Below, in pieces: positions 52,521 through 64,000 of a stretch of 64,000 nt of DNA; within the stretch, counting starts at the first letter, position 1; each line of letters begins with the position of its first letter. The stretch lies in contig NW_021836176.1 in NCBI RefSeq assembly GCF_006345805.1, positions 1 to 64,000 on the forward strand, given 5' to 3'. Position numbers and translations under genes: made by a program. The notes beneath the pieces are model-generated. The model saw only the letters and a list, made by a program, of their open reading frames with translations, was not told where the DNA came from and did no database searches. The DNA comes from Octopus sinensis (lineage: Eukaryota).

Positions 52521-52870
52521 TTTTCAAAACCAATTGAAGGGCAGTGTATTTTAAGAGAAATATGGCAGCAAAATGTATTAAGCGATCTAAATTAAAGCCT
52601 TTTGTTGAAATTTCCTGATAATTTATGTTCCAAATATCAGATTAACAATGATAATGCTATCTTACAAAATTGTTCGCTATTTTCAAATCTAATTAAGACA
52701 AATGTAGTTAATTCCAGCAGAGATATGGAAAGGAAGATGTTCTTAATTCATAATTCTTATGGTTTCTTTATCTAAACTGATATTGTAGATTTAAAGGCTT
52801 TTGCTCAGATGAGATTTAATTATGCACATCGTTAAAAACTACAGATACTCTATATTCCTGTGTATTAAAA

Positions 52871-53286
52871 GGCGGCGAGCTGGCAGAAATGTTAGCACTC
52901 CGGGTGAAACGCGTAGCCGTATTTCGTCTGCCGTTACGTTCTGAGTTCAAGTTCCGACGAGGTCGACTTTGCCTTTCATCCTTTCGGGGGTCGATAAATT
53001 AAGTACCAGTTACGCACTGGGGTCGATGTAATCGACTTAATCCGTTTGTCTGTCCTTGTTTGTCCCCTCTGTGTTTAGCCCCTTGTGGGTAGTAAAGAAA
53101 TAGGTATTTTGTCTGCTGTTACGTTCTGAGTTCAAATTCCGTCGAGGTCGACTTTGCCTTTCATCCTTTCAGGGTCGATAAATTAAGTACCAGTTACGCA
53201 CTGCGATCGATGTAATCGACTTAATCCCTTTGTCTGTCCTTGTTTGTCCCCTCTGTGTTTAGCCCCTTGTGGGTAGTAAAGAAATT
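52871..53286 (+). mobile_element. SINE family B dimer with 15-bp TSD
   Basis: TSD tatattcctgtgtat at 52851-52865 and 53287-53301; dimer junction near 53100. Confidence 0.9.
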
Positions 53287-53339
53287 TATATTCCTGTGTA
53301 TAGGCATTTATTGGTGTCTTAAGCTTCCTGTCAGCTCTC

Positions 53340-53705
53340 ATTTAATGATAGCAAGTTTACTGAAAGGTGGGTGAATGTCACAAGAATGGCCAGTATGAAT
53401 GGACCAATTCTGAGGATACACCTGTAGTATAAAAAAAGTATTATAAAAGGAGACAGGGGCTCTCTACCCTCCCTTTCCCTTTTGACCAGGCTCCCATGGC
53501 TTTTAAGGGTTTTTCCACGAGTAACCTTTCGAAGCGCCGCCCCCTATTGGGAATCTCAATTGTTAGATTTTCGTTGTTATCTCTGGAATTTTTACACGGT
53601 TTTTTGCAAACGGACAAAACCCTTTGTAACTTTCGCCCTGTGTTTTGTCCCTTTATGTTTTAATTAATTTTTGTCAGCCCTTGTGGCCAATAAACGAATT
53701 AATTT
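53340..53705 (+). mobile_element. Tx1/L1-like LINE 3' end, second family
   Basis: Frame from 53350: SKFTERWVNVTRMASMNGPILRIHL* (F..RW C-terminal motif). 3' UTR ends gtcagcccttgtggccAATAAA. Confidence 0.65.
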
Positions 53706-53709
53706 AATG

Positions 53710-54916
53710 AAAAGCACATAGAAAGCACCATCCGAACGTGGCCGATGCCAGCACCGCCCCGACTGGCTTCTGTGCCAGTGGCACATAAAAAGCACCATCT
53801 GAACGTGGCCGTTGCCAGCGCCGCCTTGGCTGGCTTCCGTGCCGGTGGCACGTTAAAAGCTCCAACCGATCGTGGACGATGCCGGACACCCCTGGCACCT
53901 GTGCAGGTAGCACGTAAAAAGCACCCACTACACTCGCGGAGTGGTTGGCGCTAGGAAGGGCATCCAGCTCTAGAATGACCGCCAGATCAGACTGGAGCCT
54001 GGTGCAGCCCCTGGCTTCCCAGACCCCGGTCGAACCATCCAACCCATGCTAGCGCGGAAAGTGGACGTTAAACTATGATGATGATCTCTTACATTTATTT
54101 ATCTCTTACTCCCTCTGTTTAATGATCTCTTACATTTAATTAACTCTTCCCCCCCCCACACACACATTTACTGCAACCTTGGCTCACCCATGTTTTCTGT
54201 TCTTCGGCCTCCACTCACTTTTATTCGCTTTGTAACTTGAGGGTCCACTCTGATACTTCATCATATTCTTTATCTCTATCCAACTCCACCTCACCGATTT
54301 CCATCCACCCTGCCACTGCCAGAACTGCCTGACTGGCCCTCGTGTCGGTGGCACGTAAAAGCACCCACTACACTCTCGGAGTGGTTGGCATTAGGAAGGG
54401 CATCCAGCTGTAGAAACTCTGCCAGATCAGATTGGAGCCTGGTGCAGCCGTCTGGTTCGCCAGACCTCAGTCAAAATCGTCCAACCCATGCTAGCATGGA
54501 AAGCGAACGTTAAATGATGATGATGATCATGATGATATATATATAAAGCACCACTCGAGCATGGTCGTTACCTGCGTCGCATTACTGGCACTTGTGCCGG
54601 TGGCATGTGAACAAAACATTAGAGTGAGGTCGTTGTCAGTGCCACTGGACTACCCCCTGTGCAGGTGGCACGTAAAAAACACCATTTCAGCAAGGCTGTT
54701 GCCAGTACCGCCTGACTGGTCCTCATGCCGGTGGCACGTAAAAGCATCCACTACACTCTTGGGAGTGGTTGGCGTTAGGAAGGGCACCCAGCTGTAGAAA
54801 CTCTGCCAGATCAGATTGGAGCCTGGTGCAGCCATCTGGTTCGCCAGTCCTCAGTCAAATCATCCAACCCATGCTAGCATGGGAAATGGACGTTAAATGA
54901 TGATGATGATGATGAT
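53710..54916 (+). mobile_element. Three consecutive RTE-LINE 3' UTR copies (53710-54085, 54311-54538, 54546-54916)
   Basis: Each has ~60-67-bp gtgccggtggcacgtaaaaagcacc modules, ggagtggttggcg(t/c)taggaagggca.ccagct and an (atg)n tail. Confidence 0.85.
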
Positions 54917-55229
54917 ACAGATAGATAAATAGATAGATAGATAGTTATGTATATAAATGTGTATATGTATATGTGCATACAGATATGTATATACATTTGT
55001 TTGTATATGTGTGTGTGTGCACGTGTGCACAGAGATGTGTACATATGTACATAAATGTGTCTGTGCTTATATTTCTGTACATATATTTGCATATGTGCGT
55101 GTGTGTATGAACGTATATATATGCGTATATATAAATATATACACATGCACAAGAGATGAATAAAAGAAGAGGTTTTGTATATCTTTTTAAATAGACAAAC
55201 CAAAATCTAATTTATTCTACTCTCAGTGG

Positions 55230-56421
55230 TATATACATACATACATACATATATATATATACATATATATACATATATATATATACATATATATACATAT
55301 ATATATATATACATATATATACATACATATATATACATATATATACATACATATATATACATATATATACATATATATATATACATATATATACATACTA
55401 TAACATATACATATATATACATATATATACTATATACATATATATACATATATATATATATACAGATATATATATACATATATTACATAATATACACATA
55501 TATATATATATACATATATATACATATACATATATACATATATAATACATTATATATATACAATATATACGTACATATTATATATAACATATATATACAT
55601 ATATAACATATATACATATATACATATATATATATATACATATATATACATATATACATATATATATATACAACATTATATACTACACATATATATACAT
55701 ACACATATATACATATATATATATACACATATATTATACATACACATATATATACAGACACATATATATACATACACATATATACATATAATATGATATA
55801 TACACATATATACATTATATATATATACACATATATACATATATATATATACACATATATACATATATATATATATACACACACACATATACATATATAT
55901 ATATATATACACACACATATACATATATATATATATATACACACACATATACATATATATATTATATATATATATACACACATATATACATATATACACA
56001 CACATATACATATATATATTATATACACAACACACATTATACATATATACACACACATATACATATATATATATATATACACACAACACATGTACACAGA
56101 CATATACATATATATATATATATCTACACACATATATACAATATTAGATATATTACACAACACATATATATATATATATATCACCACATATATACATATA
56201 CAATATATAGATGCACACATATATACACACTCTATATACATATACACATATATATATATACACATATATACATATACATACACATATATATAATATATAC
56301 ACACATATATACATATACACATATATATATATACACACATATATATATATATAACACACTATATATATATATATACACACATAATATACTATACCATATA
56401 CACCCATATATACATATACAC

Positions 56422-56479
<58 letters not shown>

Positions 56480-56480
56480 T
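55230..56480. repeat. (TA/TACA)n microsatellite
   Basis: Direct inspection. Confidence 0.95.
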
Positions 56481-57140
56481 CTGTTTACTATCGGCATGAA
56501 GAGAAAGAATTCAGCCTGTTTTCTATTTCTATCGTAAAAAACTACTTTTTTTTTTTCTTGAAACAGTTGTATATATATTGAAAATGAATTATCCAGTATT
56601 TAGTAATTCTAATCATGTTTCTTCATGCTATTATCAACATATTCCTCTGAGGTACAAAGTCGTACTCAAACCGAGAATCACAATTTGATCTTTAGTACAT
56701 GTGTAGTGTGAAAGGCTAAACATTTTCCTGACTCCCTAAAGGCAAGGAGCGATAATTAATTGTCATAATAAGACAGTAAAGCTTCCACGTTTGTTTGGGG
56801 TTTTTTTTCTGGATATATTTCATTCAACGTGAAAGCGAAAATCTGTATTACTGAACTCAGTGTTGTTAATTGAAAATGTTTTCTCAAGAGATTTACCTTT
56901 AACCATCATCTGGTTGCGCTACTTGCATGGATTCCTGTGATTCACTGTTGCCATTCAATTTTGTTATTTATTGGTGTGAATTTAAATTGGAGAGCTTAAG
57001 TCACAACAAATCCTTCATTAGCCGATTATACATCCGTGAGTGTGGCCCCTACGGATGCATCGCAGTTGGTTTCTTGACACAAAGGGACAGAAGAAACATT
57101 CCTATCTCCTTCAGGTAAAAAACAATCTTTTATTGTCATA

Positions 57141-57357
57141 AGATGGCGAGCTGAGAGCAACTTTAGCATGCCGAGCAAAATTCTTAGTGGTATTTCATCT
57201 ATCTTTACATTCTGAGTTCAAATTCCACTGAAGTCAACTTTGCTTTTTATCCTTTCGGGGTCGATAAATTAACTACCGGTTACATACTGGAGTTGATCTA
57301 ATCGAATGGCCCCCTCCCCAAAATTTCACGCCTTGTGCTTAGAGTAGAAAAGAATAG
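57141..57357 (+). mobile_element. SINE family B monomer, diverged
   Basis: gatggcgagctgagagc...ctgagttcaaattcc...ggggtcgataaattaactacc...gccttgtgcttagagtagaaaagaata. Confidence 0.78.
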
Positions 57358-57500
57358 TTTATTTTTATAAAATGATCGTAAATCTTTCATATTTTGTTAT
57401 ATTTTATTCGGGGTGAAAGCAAAAATCTGTCACAGAAGTTCTCAAGGATAAATTCAGTGTCGTTACTTTAAAGGATTTTCTCAAAAGAGTTTACATCACA

Positions 57501-58170
57501 GAGTGTAAGTGCCCTGAGAGAAAAGTTGGACCTAAGAAGCATCAGATATGGTCTGCAAGAGAGATGACAGTGCTGGTATGGTCATGTGATGACAATGGAT
57601 GAGGATAGCTGTGTGAAAAGTGTCACACCCTAGCAGTTGAGAGGAACCTGCAAAAGAGTTAGAAGAGGTAGACCCAAGAAGACCTGGAATGAAGTAGTGA
57701 AGCACGACCATTGAACATTGGGCCTCACCAAGGCAATGACAAGTGACCGAGACCTTTGGAGAAATGCTGTGCTTGAGAAGACCTGGCAAGCCAAGTGAGA
57801 CCATAACCATGGCCTATGCCAGTGCTGTATAACCAGCCCATTTAAGAGCACCCTTCAATCATTGGACAATAAACTATGCTTGTGAAGACCTGTTGAGGCA
57901 AATGGAATTGCTGTCATGGCCGATGACAGTACTGCCCGATTGGCACCTGTGCCAGTAGAACGTTAGAAGCACCATCCGAGCGGGATCATTGCCAGGGCTG
58001 CTGACTGGCTCCCGTGATGGTGGCACGTAAAAAAAGCACCATTCGAGTGTGGTCGTTGCCAGGTCCGCTGGACTGGCTCCGGAACAGGTGGAACGTAAAA
58101 AGCACCATTTGAGTGTGGCCGATGCCAGTACTGCCAGACTGGCCCTCATGCCGGTGGCACACAAAAGCAT
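57501..58170 (+). pseudogene. RTE-clade LINE ORF2 C-terminus (disrupted) plus start of the modular 3' UTR
   Basis: Translates SVSALREKLDLRSIRYGLQER*QCWYGHVMTMDEDSCVK / RRGRPKKTWNEVVKHDH*TLGLTKAMTSDRDLWRNAVLEKTWQAK*. WYGHV, GRPKKTW and DRDLWR are RTE hallmarks. Followed by the ~60-bp modules. Confidence 0.88.
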
Positions 58171-58359
58171 TCAAGGCATTCTCCATTTGAAGCAAGGCAT
58201 TAGTCCAGACATGTTTTCTTCGGTTTGAAGCAGTCCTGGAATTCTTATGTTTTCATGATGTCCTGTGCCCCCATGTGCATATATGTATATGTATAGATGT
58301 AAGTATGTACATATACCTTTGTATATACTGAGGTATGGAGCGTATATTATATATATATA

Positions 58360-58663
58360 TCTTTATATATAAAAATGAAGTTGTGTGTGTGTCTGTCTAC
58401 ACCAATTTAGATTCCTAACTACTCCCACATTTTGTGGTGCAGTTTAACCAAAAGCGGGTATCTTATAGTCGTGATTCATATCGAGCCCTTCTGGGTATTA
58501 GCGCGTGTCTACAATGAGTCTACGATTTAAAAACAAATTTACCATATTTTTTCCGCATTTTTAATGCATTTTCATTCGGTTTATATAAAGGAAGTAACTC
58601 TCTAAAAATGCTTATATAGTTATTTCCCTTACAAACCCGAGCAACGCCGGGCGATATGGCTAG
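58360..58663 (+). mobile_element. Non-autonomous Helitron family A, short variant
   Basis: a|TCtttatatataaaaa ... cccgagcaacgccgggcgatatggCTAG|t; lacks a ~100-bp internal segment. Confidence 0.85.
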
Positions 58664-58867
58664 TATATATATATATATTTGAAAAGTTATAGCATATAGA
58701 CTCGAGGCATGGTACTTATCGCCTCGTGCCTATATGCTAGCCTTGGTTTTCTGCTGAAGAGGCAATGCCAATTGTAAATAATTTTATTTTATTCACAAAA
58801 GATTGCGGAAACTATGCATAGTCCAGAAAGGAGAGGGTAAACGTTTTTATTTCTCTTTCCATTTCAG

Positions 58868-58909
58868 AATTACAACTATTAGTGGTTTGGAGTTTAACTT
58901 CTCTTTCTA
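58868..58909 (+). CDS. Candidate internal exon of an unidentified gene (42 bp)
   Basis: Acceptor tttttatttctctttccatttcAG and donor GTGAGT. Open frame LQLLVVWSLTSLS, phase-compatible with 60774-60814. No homology recognised. Confidence 0.35.
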
Positions 58910-58986
58910 GTGAGTCAGATGTCCTATTATGACCATCTCCTTTGTTTTATATATATATATATATATATATATTTTATATATATGTA

Positions 58987-59027
<41 letters not shown>

Positions 59028-59753
59028 TAAATAAAACATATGCATATATATATATATATACTATATGTTACTACCTACCTCTACATGTATATATACATGC
59101 ATATATGAGTACAGGAACACCAAAAAAAACGTCGAACACAATGAGAAACGAAAACATAGACACAAACCCAGGAACTGGACATTTTTCTTAAACAACAAAA
59201 AAATAGAGTACAGGACAAATAACACAAGGAAAAAAACCTTTCTTCAGTCGCCATGGTTTCATCTACTCTATGTTTCAAAATTGAAGGCGAAAATATATAT
59301 ATATATATATGTGTGTATATATATATATATATATGTGTGTATATATATATAATGCCAGCATGGAAAATGGATGTTAAGCAATGACAATGATGATGATGAT
59401 AACATATTCACACATACATGCACGACAAGCTTCTTCCAGTTTCAGTCTTTCTGCCTTGCAAATCTACTCAAAAGGGCTGAGCTAAGCCTGTGTCCAGATA
59501 GTACAAGACACTTGCTGAATGTGCCATGCAGTGGAACTGAACCCAGAACCGTGTGGCTAGGAAGCAAACGTTTTACTACACAGCCATGCCTGTTGTTTGA
59601 AGAATGTACCGGACAAACCGCTTGAAGAATCTCTTTTTTTATTAGCATTCTCATCAAATCTGCAACCATGTCATTAATTTGCAGAGACCTTCAACCACTA
59701 TGAGGCATTTGTCAACTCTAAATACAAGACATTAATTAAAAGAGACCATTTGA

Positions 59754-59951
59754 GGCCCACAGCTCTTCAATATCCTCCCGAAGAACCTGAGGGACCTGCA
59801 TGGGGTGGATGCGGATGTCTTTAAAATATAACTGGATCTCTTCCTGTCAGGTGTCCCGGATGAACCAACTTCACGGCAGGAGGTGCAGATGAGGGCAGCT
59901 GCATCGAACTCTCTCATGCACCAAATGACAATTGCTAAAAAGCATTCGTGA
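59754..59951 (+). pseudogene. CR1/L2-group LINE ORF2 C-terminus (disrupted)
   Basis: GPQLFNILPKNLRDLHGVDADVFKI*LDLFLSGVPDEPTSRQEVQMRAAASNSLMHQ; GP.LFN.LP...FK..LD motif. Confidence 0.8.
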
Positions 59952-60251
59952 AGTAAAATCATGTAGCAACACCAAATGGCGGTGTTCCAGCATGGCCACA
60001 GCTCGTGAGCTGAAACTAGATAAGATAAGATGAGATAAAAAAAATTTTCTCCAGGGTTTTCTTTGAATAATTTGCAACTGCATTCGGTGACTCATTAGAA
60101 GGGTTTCGTTAATTCAAACAGCTTTCATTGTAAATCGATATTCTTTCAGTTGAATATTGGATGACTGCAGGAAATGGTTTTAGTTGAATAGGAATATTTG
60201 CACTGTAATGGTTTCATGGTATGCATGATGATGATGATGATAACGGGTGGC

Positions 60252-60400
60252 GATGAGCTGAACAGAAGAGGATTGGCCGTTGACCTGTGGATCAATCATG
60301 CCAAAACGAAGTATATGCAGTCCAAAGATGTGATACCCAGTGAAGTAATGGTTGGGGATGATGTAAGTGAGGGATGGGAAAATCATGTGTATCTCACACC
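60252..60400 (+). pseudogene. RTE-type reverse transcriptase fragment, highly diverged
   Basis: DELNRRGLAVDLWINHAKTKYM...HVYL resembles the EL...G..VGL.IN..KTKYM...YVYLG segment of RTE RT. Confidence 0.6.
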
Positions 60401-60773
60401 ACGGGATGTGACATGAATAGTTAGGTTTAATGGAGAAAAAGATCAGGGCAAAGAGTGCTCAAATTGGTGAAGGATATGCTGGCCACAGTCCAATGACAGT
60501 AATGGGTAAAAGAAAAAATATACTGGGGTTGATTTGTTTAGCTAAAAGGCTTCAAGGTTGTGCCCCAGCATGGCCACAGTCCAATGACTGTAACAGGTAA
60601 AAGATAAAAGATATACTGGGGTTGATTTGTTCAACTAAAAACCTTCAAGGTTGTGCCCCAGCATGGCCACACTCCAGTGACTGAAAAAGTAAAGGATGAA
60701 ACATAACACCCTTAATTCCATTATATGTTTCTACTTATAAATCTCCACTCTTCATTTTATTTCAATGTCTTAG

Positions 60774-60814
60774 AGGAAGCATTGAAAGACTTCTACATTT
60801 TGCTCTCCCATCAA
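60774..60814 (+). CDS. Candidate internal exon (41 bp)
   Basis: Acceptor ctcttcattttatttcaatgtcttAG and donor GTAAGC. Frame (K)EALKDFYILLSHQ, ends in phase 0. Confidence 0.35.
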
Positions 60815-60915
60815 GTAAGCGATGCTGTTTCCTCTTCATTAATTCAACTGCAATACTATATAACCAGAAGTTTGGGAATTGGATATATTCTATGAAGATC
60901 TGTGTCCTTTATCCT

Positions 60916-61055
60916 CATCATTGTTTGACCGTGGTCGAGACAATGGAATTTACCATGTTACGCCAGACATCACGGTCCATCATAGCATTACGGAGGTCCT
61001 GTTGCTGGATGCCTGTATCCCTGGAGATTACATCAGAGTAGGAGAGTGTGCACCC
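60916..61055 (-). pseudogene. RTE-clade LINE 3' end (second RTE family)
   Basis: GCTLSYSDVISRDTGIQQQDLRNAMMDRDVWRNMVNSIVSTTVKQ* followed by a tgatg tail. Confidence 0.8.
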
Positions 61056-61089
61056 TAATATATATATATATATATAATATATATATATA

Positions 61090-62223
61090 CTAGCATTAAA
61101 GACCCGTCGTTGCCGGGTCATAGTGCTAGTGCATGTATATATGTGTATATATATGTGTACATATGACATGTACTCTATATATATACATCTACACATAAAA
61201 TACAAATACAAAGTTATATCTTGATATCACTAGTAGTGATAACAATACTCAAAATATATAACAGACTGGAATTGTTAGCCCGTCTCTTGTAATTTCAATC
61301 AATTGTATCTTGTCCTTCCTCTTGTATACAAGTGTGGCTACAATCCGACGGCTGCAGTGAAATTCATTTTTGGACTTCTTCTATCGAAGACATTTTAACA
61401 AAAATACTCGTTGTTGTAAACGGTGAAAATATTGTCACATTTCCCCAAACAGGGACACAATTCAATTTTTAAACAATAACCAAGCTCCTTCTCCCAAAGG
61501 GGGAGGGTTTACGGTTTACAATTATTTAACAAATGCAACACAAACAACAACGCTTCCTTACGAGGAACCAACAAACGTGATAACAATAGTTAAACAGAAA
61601 TAATAATAACAACAACCTTACGGTAAACCAAAAAGCAGTACTCTGTTGAAGCTATAGACCTTTATGGATCAGAATTAAACTAACAGCGGTACTCAGTAGA
61701 ATGCTTAATGCTAGCTAATTAGCAAATAATCTAATGTAAAAGCTGTGCATACCTCCATCTGGACTATTCCATTTCTGCACTTAAATTTTATTTTTTATTT
61801 ATTCCCATTCATGTGAAACCACTGATTCAAGTTCAAGTCATTGATGCAATTTTATACCAATTGCTATATTTTTACTTTTGTTATGTTACAATAATATTAT
61901 ACTTTAGTTTGATTTTAATTATTACTTACTACATATAATTCAATTGTTATTATTATTTTTATTGTTAAAGTGAAAGTATCAGATATAAAAGAGAGAAACG
62001 TTTTTGTTTCACTTTTAACACGTAATACTGAAATAGTGGAGAAGATATGATGTTGCTATGGGCTCACTCTAGGCAAGAAGTTGAACATTTTTTTGCCCAT
62101 GAAACTACATGGACCCTAAGTAAGGCATGTGTAAAATTGAATGAAATTGGTTGTGTAGTTTCTCAAGTTTTAGGGAAAACACACAGACAGACAGACACAC
62201 ATTCTCAGTTTTATATATAAAGA
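61090..62223 (-). mobile_element. Non-autonomous Helitron family B (1134 bp)
   Basis: Minus strand a|TCtttatatataaaactgag..., hairpin gacccggcaacgacgggtc and CTAG|t end, inside (TA)n. Confidence 0.78.
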
Positions 62224-62279
62224 TATACACCACACACACCACACACATATATATGTGAATATATATTGTATATATATGT

Positions 62280-62482
62280 ATCATCATCATTCATCATTGT
62301 TCGACCGTGGTCGAGACAATGGAATTTACTATGTTACGCCAGACTTCACGGTCCATCATAGCATTACGGAGGTCCTGTTGCTTGATGCCTGTATCCCTGG
62401 AGATTACATCAGGGTAGGAGAGTGTGCGCCCTCTGGTATTGCGAGCAGATGGCTTCCAGAGGAGAAGAGTAGAAATTACCTC
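62280..62482 (-). pseudogene. RTE-clade LINE 3' end (second RTE family)
   Basis: EVISTLLLWKPSARNTRGRTLSYPDVISRDTGIKQQDLRNAMMDREVWRNIVNSIVSTTVEQ* followed by (tga)n. Confidence 0.85.
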
Positions 62483-62650
62483 GTGTCCTTAATTTCTGTG
62501 CTGAACATAAACTTACTTGATTCCAAAATCAACAGCTTAAATCAGATTCTGTAATGTTACACAACCAAATTTTATTCTCCGAAAACAAATGAAAAATTAA
62601 TTTATGCTTAACATCCAGAATACCTGTAAAGCTAGTCTTTTGTATTTTAT

Positions 62651-62949
62651 AATAATAATAATAATAATTGTGTACAGTGCTCAGGTGCACTACAACTCAT
62701 CTAATGTGTATGTATAATCAGGTGTAGTTTCGGCGGATTTCGGAGAGCATGAGGGCCTTAAAGGATGCAGTGTCATGGCAGTCAACAACTGACGCAGGCA
62801 GTTTGTTCCATGCTTCAGCAACTCTGAGCGTGAAAAAATGTTTCTGAAAGTCATGGGAGCTCTGTTGTTTTCTGACTTTGTAGGCATGTCCACGTTGTGT
62901 GGACACATGGAGATCAAAAAGGTGTTCAGTGTTGTGGTTGGTGAGGTTG
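62651..62949 (-). pseudogene. CR1 LINE 3' end with (ATT)n tail and a 31-bp flanking duplication
   Basis: QRGHAYKVRKQQSSHDFQKHFFTLRVAEAWNKLPASVVDCHDTASFKALM (RGH..K...FF..RV...WN.LP motif). Duplication at 62620-62650 / 62950-62980. Confidence 0.88.
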
Positions 62950-63099
62950 ATACCTGTAAGGCTAGTCTTTTGTATTTTATAATAATAATAATAATAATAA
63001 TAATATTGTGTACAGTGCTCAGGTGCACTACAACTCATCTAAAGTGTATATATAATCAGGTGTAGTTTCGGCGGATTTCGGAAAGCATGAGGGCCTTAA

Positions 63100-63764
63100 C
63101 CCTTTAGCATTCAAACCGGCCATATCCGGCCAAAATATTTAACCTGTTTTATATTGAAACTGACCAGATCTCACCTCTCACCTCAGCCCTACCATGTCAT
63201 TCTAAAACTAAAAAATCACATCACTGAAATATCTAAACTACAAGATAATGCATGATTAATTCAAAAGAATATAAATCAAAATCAAACCGAATCAAAATAG
63301 ATGAACATCAATGGAATTTGTATCTTTGTGGTACCAGTGCCGGTGGCACATAAGAAAGCCATCCGAACGTGGCTGTAGCCAGTACCGCATTGACTGGCCT
63401 CTGTGCTGTGGGCACGTAACAAACACCATCCAATCATGGCCGTCTGCCAGCCTCGTCTGGCACCTGTGTCGGTGGCACATAAAAAACACCATCCGAGCGT
63501 GGCCGTTCGCCAGCCCCATCTGGCACCTGTGTCGGTGGCACATAAAATCACCCACTACACTCTCGGAGTGGTTGGCGTTAGGAGGGGCATCCAGCTGTAG
63601 AAACACTGCCAGATCTGACTGGCCTGGTGCAGCCTTCGGGCTCCCTAGACCCCAGTTGAACCGTCCAACCCATACTAGCATGGAAAGCGGACGTTAAACG
63701 ATGATGATGATGATGATAAACAAACAAACATCACATTTGATAGAATAATCTGAACACTAAAGGG
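63100..63764 (+). mobile_element. piggyBac-type MITE family 1, single-monomer copy (contains a nested RTE 3' UTR)
   Basis: TTAA TSD at 63096-63099 and 63765-63768. TIR ccctttagcattca / tgaacactaaaggg (12/14). Empty site gagggccTTAAaggatgcag at 62751-62770. One copy of the 108-bp monomer lies at ~63165-63270. Confidence 0.92.
63277..63716 (+). mobile_element. RTE-LINE 3' UTR copy nested in the MITE
   Basis: Modules gtgtcggtggcacataaaa, terminus gcatggaaagcggacgttaaacgatgatgatg. Confidence 0.85.
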
Positions 63765-63955
63765 TTAAAGGATGCAGTGTCATGGCAGTTAACAACTGAT
63801 GCAGGCAGTTTATTCCATGCTTCAGCAACTCTTCCCAGGATTCCATTCAGCCATAATGTATAAACAAACCTATCTTTCTAAATAGATTGCTAATTGGCAC
63901 TCTATAGAGAATTCATACAGTGCTTGTCAAACGGAATGATTCTATTCTTTTGTAG

Positions 63956-64000
63956 ATATTACCAGAAATAATTACAACAATCTTAATCGTATCAAATCGT
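63956..64000 (+). CDS. Candidate exon start (runs off the window)
   Basis: Acceptor gattctattcttttgtAG; phase-0 frame ILPENNYNNLNRIKS is open to the window end. Confidence 0.3.
   Translation, partial: MLPEIITTILIVSNR

Larger units (their letters stand above)
62981..63833 (-). mobile_element. Second CR1 3' end, split by a MITE-1 insertion
   Basis: 62981-63099 and 63765-63833 join to match 62651-62826. Confidence 0.85.

Overview
AT-rich, repeat-saturated eukaryotic genomic DNA, most likely an octopus (coleoid cephalopod). That assignment is inferred from the SINE, RTE and microsatellite repertoire and was not verified by search. There is no complete gene, RNA gene or CRISPR array. The long ORFs in the track are microsatellite artefacts; the only recognisable coding remnants are LINE fragments (RTE, CR1-group, Tx1/L1-like). 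A possible host gene is suggested by three phase-compatible + strand exons near the right end. The dominant feature is a ~20.9 kb array (17753-38610) of a 108-bp monomer. This monomer is the internal segment of a TTAA-targeting piggyBac-type MITE, and an unexpanded copy with TIRs, TSD and an empty-site paralogue sits at 63100-63764. The array is punctuated by five degenerate TIR-TTAA-TIR junction blocks that define a higher-order repeat. Other notable items are a duplicated perfect 34-bp-stem hairpin in (TA)n, Tx1-like LINE ends embedded in (GATA)n, two SINE-derived tandem arrays, a recurrent dimeric SINE, an inverted Helitron pair and a 68-bp TSD. Coordinates were counted by hand; ends of diverged repeats are approximate.
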